Shown: positions 60,170 through 64,000 of the stretch, piece by piece
How positions within the stretch are numbered: the stretch's first letter is position 1
How the letters are laid out: each line of letters starts with the position of its first letter
Assembly: GCA_001800285.1 (NCBI GenBank)
Contig: MGVC01000054.1
Span: 8,272 to 72,271 of the forward strand
Direction of reading: 5' to 3'
DNA length: 64,000 nucleotides
Origin: Elusimicrobia bacterium RIFOXYA2_FULL_39_19
GTDB lineage: Bacteria > Elusimicrobiota > Endomicrobiia > CG1-02-37-114 > XYA2-FULL-39-19
Translations under genes and position numbers: made by a program
Notes under the pieces: model-generated
What the model saw: the letters and a program-made list of their open reading frames with translations, nothing else
Database searches by the model: none
What the model was told of the DNA's origin: nothing

Positions 60170-61111
60170 TTAGTGCGGCCTGCCGGGCATCCCCGGAATA
60201 CCGCCAGACCTTGACGTGCCTCTACTGCTGATTGAATCTCCATTTGAAATAAGCACTGTATCTTCTTCTGTAACACCGGAAACAATTTCTACAAATTTGC
60301 CGTTATTAATACCCGTTTCTACTTGTTTTAATTCACCGCCGGGTTTTTTGGTTTTTACTTTTACAAACTTTCTTCTGCCTTTTTCTACAACAGCGTCTGC
60401 CGGCAGAATAAGCACATCATCTTTTTTCTGGGATACAATTTCTATAGTTGAAGACATGCCTGCCCTGAAATATTGTGGAGCCCTGGCAGGATTAATTTTT
60501 ACTTCATAAACAGTTACATTGCTTACAACAGTTGATTCATAAGCAATATGTTCAATTTTTCCCGGAAAACTTTTACCCGGATAAGCATCAAGCGTTATCA
60601 TAGCTTTTTGGTCCAGATAAATATTGCGTAAATCTGTTTCATCAACCTGTGCCTTAACAATCAGTTCATCCGCCATAACAAGCAATACATCAGCTGTAGT
60701 TACGGTCTGGCCGGGCTCTTTGTTTCTTAAAATAATAAAACCGGTAATAGGGGAAATAATGGGGGTAGGTTTATATGTATCTTCCCATTTTTTTACTTCT
60801 GCATCGCCTTTAGAACGCGCTAAATCTATTAAAGTAGCCCTGTCAGTTGAACTCATCCAGGCAATAATTTCACCTTTTTTTATTTTCTGGCCTTCTACCA
60901 CAAGCACATCTTCAATTCTGCCCGATACCTGCGGCTTTATTTCCAGCCTGTTTCTTGGTTCCACTGATCCGTTTAACCTGAAATCTATGGATATAGTGCC
61001 TATTTTCGGGTTTATTTCCTGCTCAGTTGCAGTTTTTTTCTTCCCTTTGAAAAACAAATAACCTGAAACGGCCAAAATAAGAACGAGTGTGATAATAATA
61101 ATTTTTTTCAT
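60170..61111 (-). CDS. macA: Periplasmic adaptor subunit of a tripartite efflux pump (MacA/HlyD family).
   Basis: N-terminal TM. Lipoyl/beta-barrel adaptor pattern. C-terminal Gly/Pro-rich tail. Confidence 0.85.
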   Translation of the reverse strand: MKKIIIITLVLILAVSGYLFFKGKKKTATEQEINPKIGTISIDFRLNGSVEPRNRLEIKPQVSGRIEDVLVVEGQKIKKGEIIAWMSSTDRATLIDLARSKGDAEVKKWEDTYKPTPIISPITGFIILRNKEPGQTVTTADVLLVMADELIVKAQVDETDLRNIYLDQKAMITLDAYPGKSFPGKIEHIAYESTVVSNVTVYEVKINPARAPQYFRAGMSSTIEIVSQKKDDVLILPADAVVEKGRRKFVKVKTKKPGGELKQVETGINNGKFVEIVSGVTEEDTVLISNGDSISSRGTSRSGGIPGMPGRPH

Positions 61112-61159
61112 TTCTTTTTCTCCTGATGTTTGTTGTTAATATTTAAAAATCAAAATTAT

Positions 61160-61314
61160 TTTAATTTCTAAATTTGTAGGGCGGGCTTTCCTAAGCACGC
61201 CGCATTATTTTAGCTTCGGATTGTTCGGAGAACAATCCCTACTCCATCGCTTAATCGCTGCACCCGTCATGCAATAACTGACGGGGTCTCGTCCGGTGTG
61301 GCAGGACGGACTTT
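61160..61314. repeat. Repeat modules (D/F families) between macA and tolC.
   Basis: 'tttgtagggcgggctttcctaagcacgcc', 'cggattgttcggagaacaatccctac', 'ccatcgcttaatcgctgcacccgtcatgcaataactgacggggtctcgtccggtgtggcaggacgg'. Confidence 0.8.
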
Positions 61315-62547
61315 CTACTCTTCCCTTCCCAGCGCATTATGCCACAACGCTTCTGAAAGTATCCTGTCGCGCTTAGCGTCAAGCAAAGACCTTTGGCTGC
61401 TTATATAATCATTTTCGCTGGAATACCATTCGTTATATGTAACAAGGCCGTTTAAATATTTCTGAGAATTTATTTTTGATTGTTCAGATGATGCATCCAG
61501 ATACTTTTGGCGTAACTGCGCGTTATCAATTGAATTTATCAGGTCATTCCAGTACGAATTTAATTTTAAATAAAGGTTAAGCACCGTTTCTTTAAAAGTA
61601 TTATCAAGAATTAATTTACTTTGCTTGGCTGTCTGCAAATTGTATTTATTTTTACCGCCTGTATATAAAGGAAGGGAAATACCCAGCCGGGCATTCCATG
61701 AGTTTGAATCCAGGGGAAAAGAACTTCCGGATTCTGAAACGCCGCCTGAAAGGGATACTCCCGGATAATAAACGCTTTTAGCCGACACTATGTCGTAATG
61801 CGCTTTTTCAAGGTTATCCTGTGCAATAATATATTCCGGAACATTTTTAATAATCTCGTTAATTTTAACTTCCTGTGCTTCCGGCAATGCTGATAAATCG
61901 CCTATCACTGTAATTGGTTCAATTTTTCCTATGCCCATATCTTTTAAAAGCTGGATTGTTATTACATCCAGGTTTCTTTTTGCTTTTTTCAAATCATATT
62001 CTGCCTGCAATTTATCAGCTTCAACTCTTAAAAATGACCCTTTATCTTCACGGCCGGATTCATACTTAACGCTTATCAGCTCAAAATTCAGGGTCCTTCT
62101 TTCTAATATCTTCTGGCTTACTTGTACAGATTCCTGCGCAAACAAAAGCGTAATAAAACTTTTTTTCAAATTATAAATTATATCTGATAATGAACGAGTG
62201 TATCTCATTTTTTCAATTTCCAGATCTTTATTGCGCGCGCTTAATTCCGAAGTATCTGAAAAACCTGAAAATAAAGATATACTGGCTGAAACACCTATTG
62301 AATTGCTTGTACTTCCTGATGAACTGTTACTGCCGGACCTGCCCGTACTGGCAGAAGCAGAAACCTGCGGCAAAAAATTTGCCCAGGATTTAGAATAATT
62401 TATTTCTGCCTGCTGTAATGAACTTTGCGCTTTTTTCAGTGACGGGTTATTTTGTTTTGCTTCCTTTAATACATCTTCCCAGGTAAGTTCACGCGCTTCA
62501 AGTGATGCACAGACTAAAAGTAAAATGGCAAATAATATTTTTTTCAT
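61315..62547 (-). CDS. tolC: TolC-family outer-membrane efflux channel.
   Basis: Signal peptide. Two tandem OEP repeats with a coiled-coil pattern. Start 'MKKILFAILL' at 62547. Confidence 0.8.
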   Translation of the reverse strand: MKKILFAILLLVCASLEARELTWEDVLKEAKQNNPSLKKAQSSLQQAEINYSKSWANFLPQVSASASTGRSGSNSSSGSTSNSIGVSASISLFSGFSDTSELSARNKDLEIEKMRYTRSLSDIIYNLKKSFITLLFAQESVQVSQKILERRTLNFELISVKYESGREDKGSFLRVEADKLQAEYDLKKAKRNLDVITIQLLKDMGIGKIEPITVIGDLSALPEAQEVKINEIIKNVPEYIIAQDNLEKAHYDIVSAKSVYYPGVSLSGGVSESGSSFPLDSNSWNARLGISLPLYTGGKNKYNLQTAKQSKLILDNTFKETVLNLYLKLNSYWNDLINSIDNAQLRQKYLDASSEQSKINSQKYLNGLVTYNEWYSSENDYISSQRSLLDAKRDRILSEALWHNALGREE

Positions 62548-62582
62548 TTTGTTTTCTTTGCTCCGATTTTTGGGCAATTACA

Positions 62583-62621
62583 GCGTAAACGCCGAAACAT
62601 TTTCGGCGTTTACGCTGAATT
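62583..62621. terminator. Perfect 18-bp-arm palindrome.
   Basis: 'cagcgtaaacgccgaaaa cat tttcggcgtttacgctg', immediately after the stop of the Spy-like gene and upstream of the tolC start. Confidence 0.55.
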
Positions 62622-62626
62622 ATAGC

Positions 62627-63076
62627 TTATTCTTTATCCGGGGTTCCCTTACCTTGCTTTTTATTCATTCTTTTTTCTCTGTTTTGTTTCATTTCTTTTT
62701 TCATTTCTTCAAATTTTGTTTTCTGTTCCGGCGTAAGAATACTTTCAATCTGGGCATTTATCTCATCCATTTTTGCTTTCATCTCTTCTTTCATTTTATC
62801 CCTGTTTTGTTTCATTTTTTCTGCATTGTTTTTAAATATTTCATCCAGCTTTGCTTTCTGGTCCGCGCTTAACCCAAGCTTTTTTACAAGATTATCAACT
62901 CTTTTCTCATGCATCTTTGTCATATCCCTGTCCATTTTCCCGTCCATCTTTTTTTCCATCTTTGCAGGTCTTCCGCATTCAGGGCAACACGGCGGTTCCT
63001 GTGCTGTTAAAAACCCCATACTTGCCATCACTGTTAAAAATACTGCCGCTGCCAACATCTTTAATCCTTTCTTCAT
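62627..63076 (-). CDS. Spy/CpxP-family periplasmic protein (LTXXQ motifs).
   Basis: Signal peptide. Lys/Glu-rich helical repeats with 'LSADQKAKL' and 'LTPEQKTKF'. Confidence 0.65.
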   Translation of the reverse strand: MKKGLKMLAAAVFLTVMASMGFLTAQEPPCCPECGRPAKMEKKMDGKMDRDMTKMHEKRVDNLVKKLGLSADQKAKLDEIFKNNAEKMKQNRDKMKEEMKAKMDEINAQIESILTPEQKTKFEEMKKEMKQNREKRMNKKQGKGTPDKE

Positions 63077-63365
63077 AAATCCTCCCGCCTTTTAGGCATC
63101 CTAACTACGATTAGTGTCCCGATAAGCATTTTAAAAAGAAATTATCGAGAAGTTTTTTCCTCTCCTCTTGGGAGAGGGTTGGGTGAGGGAAACATTTTTA
63201 TGTCCCCATTTTTCTGCTTTTCTTTTACTGCTTTCTGCCTGTCTTTGCAAGTCCGTTCTTTTAAAAGACCTGTATTTGCCGAGCTTGCTCGGCTACTAAT
63301 AACTTTAAGGGAACTCTGCATCATTACCCATTAGACTTCCGCTACCATAAAAAGGTTACAACCCG

Positions 63366-63593
63366 TCCAGTTCAATTTGTTCCGCGTAGCGGGAGCAGGA
63401 CTTAATGCTATGGTAGCGTTATCCATTAACTACATTTCGCCGAAGGCGCAGTTAATGGGTATGCAGAGGCACAGGGTGTGCCGATGCACCTGTTCATTTC
63501 CAGTTCAATTTGTCTCGCGTAGCGGGATCAGAGTTGCCCTTGGACCACACGGTTGGGGAAAGGGCAAGAACCCATCCAGTTCAATTTGTCCCT
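63366..63593. repeat. Three irregularly spaced copies of 'ccagttcaatttgt(t/c)(c/t)cgcgtagcggga'.
   Basis: Copies at 63366, 63499 and 63576 (last partial). Spacings ~133 and ~77 bp. Confidence 0.7.
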
Positions 63594-63725
63594 ATCACAA
63601 CTGTATTTTTTGAATTCTGTAGCGTGTTTGATTTATCAAACTTAGTGATTTAGAAACAACATTTTTTGTTTTGCTTGGTGTTTATTAAAGGAAGGGGTTG
63701 TTTTTTGTGGTGGCTATACAAATAT

Positions 63726-64000
63726 TTACTTAATAATTGCTATTTTTCCTGTTTTCTTTTCACCTTGGGGATTAGTGATTATATAAACATATACTCCGCT
63801 AGCAACTGATTCATCTATTTCATTTTTAACATCCCATATTGCCAGGCCATTTGTGCTTTCTAAAGTCTTCACTAATTCACCCGCTATATTGAATATTTTA
63901 ATAGTTACCTGTGTTGTTAAATTAGTAAAAGATATTTTATTATCTGCGCCACTTATTTTGAAAGGGTTTGGATAAGCTTTTACAGTATTCAAGTTATCTT
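63726..64000 (-). CDS. C-terminal part of a larger secreted protein ending in a T9SS-type (Por secretion) C-terminal sorting domain. The gene continues beyond the window.
   Basis: 'YPNPFK...IKIFNIAGELVKTL...SGVYVYIIT...KTGKIAIIK' fits the Por_Secre_tail pattern. The frame is open to the window edge. Confidence 0.7.
   Translation of the reverse strand, partial: DNLNTVKAYPNPFKISGADNKISFTNLTTQVTIKIFNIAGELVKTLESTNGLAIWDVKNEIDESVASGVYVYIITNPQGEKKTGKIAIIK

Noticed and set aside
63366-63593. Possible CRISPR array.
   Set aside because: Only three copies, the last partial. Spacer lengths are unequal (~100 and ~45 bp). The repeats are not identical and there are no cas genes, so this does not fit a CRISPR.
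1-64000. tRNA, rRNA or other structured RNA genes.
   Set aside because: I found no cloverleaf-compatible segment with GTTC(G/A)A T-loop context and no rRNA-like conserved stretches. The GC-richer patches are all accounted for by the repeat families.

Overview
This is a chromosomal segment of an AT-rich, anaerobe-like bacterium. Compact gene blocks are separated by intergenic spacers that are unusually full of short hairpin repeat elements. I recognise at least seven distinct MITE/REP-like repeat families, and their modules are mixed into composite blocks several hundred bp long.

Gene content, start to end:
- A two-component / c-di-GMP signalling cluster: HK, a REC-GGDEF(GGDDF)-REC hybrid regulator, HK, a CheY-like RR, and an HD-GYP protein on the opposite strand.
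- A long minus-strand metabolic block: a fused lipB-lipA, lpdA, an orphan lipoyl-domain protein, an LplA/LipL-like ligase, gcvPB, gcvPA, gcvH, gcvT, 2-oxoacid:ferredoxin oxidoreductase alpha, beta and ferredoxin subunits, an SGNH hydrolase and a HAD hydrolase.
- A surface/accessory patch: a pilin-like protein, an internally duplicated membrane protein, a membrane metallophosphoesterase, a degraded GT2 glycosyltransferase, an OM beta-barrel, and a phage-tail-fibre-like 'GIGTT'-repeat protein preceded by a (TTTG)9 microsatellite.
- Housekeeping genes: nagB, an SplB-like radical SAM protein, recN, nadK, a DUF4143 ATPase, a TrmH-family methyltransferase and an aminotransferase.
- A DUF134 + NifX-like pair, then a Lol-like ABC/FtsX/LolA-like/OMP set, a split permease and a U32 peptidase.
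- A small island carrying an XRE-HTH-Panacea antitoxin and a RelE/Gp49-like toxin. It is bounded by a ~123-bp direct duplication of the U32 gene 3' end.
- A radical SAM protein, then a giant FN3-repeat surface protein.
- A TolC-MacA-MacB operon interrupted by repeat blocks and extended by a small membrane peptide, a kinase-like/methyltransferase fusion and an EptA/LtaS-like membrane protein.
- A Spy/CpxP-like periplasmic protein, and the T9SS-type C-terminal domain of a gene that runs off the window end.

The most notable observations are the TA island with gene-3' direct repeats, GTGATTA/GTGGTTA heptamer arrays upstream of several energy-metabolism operons, the tetranucleotide tract in a surface-protein promoter, and the modular repeat landscape. 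No rRNA, tRNA or CRISPR array is evident.
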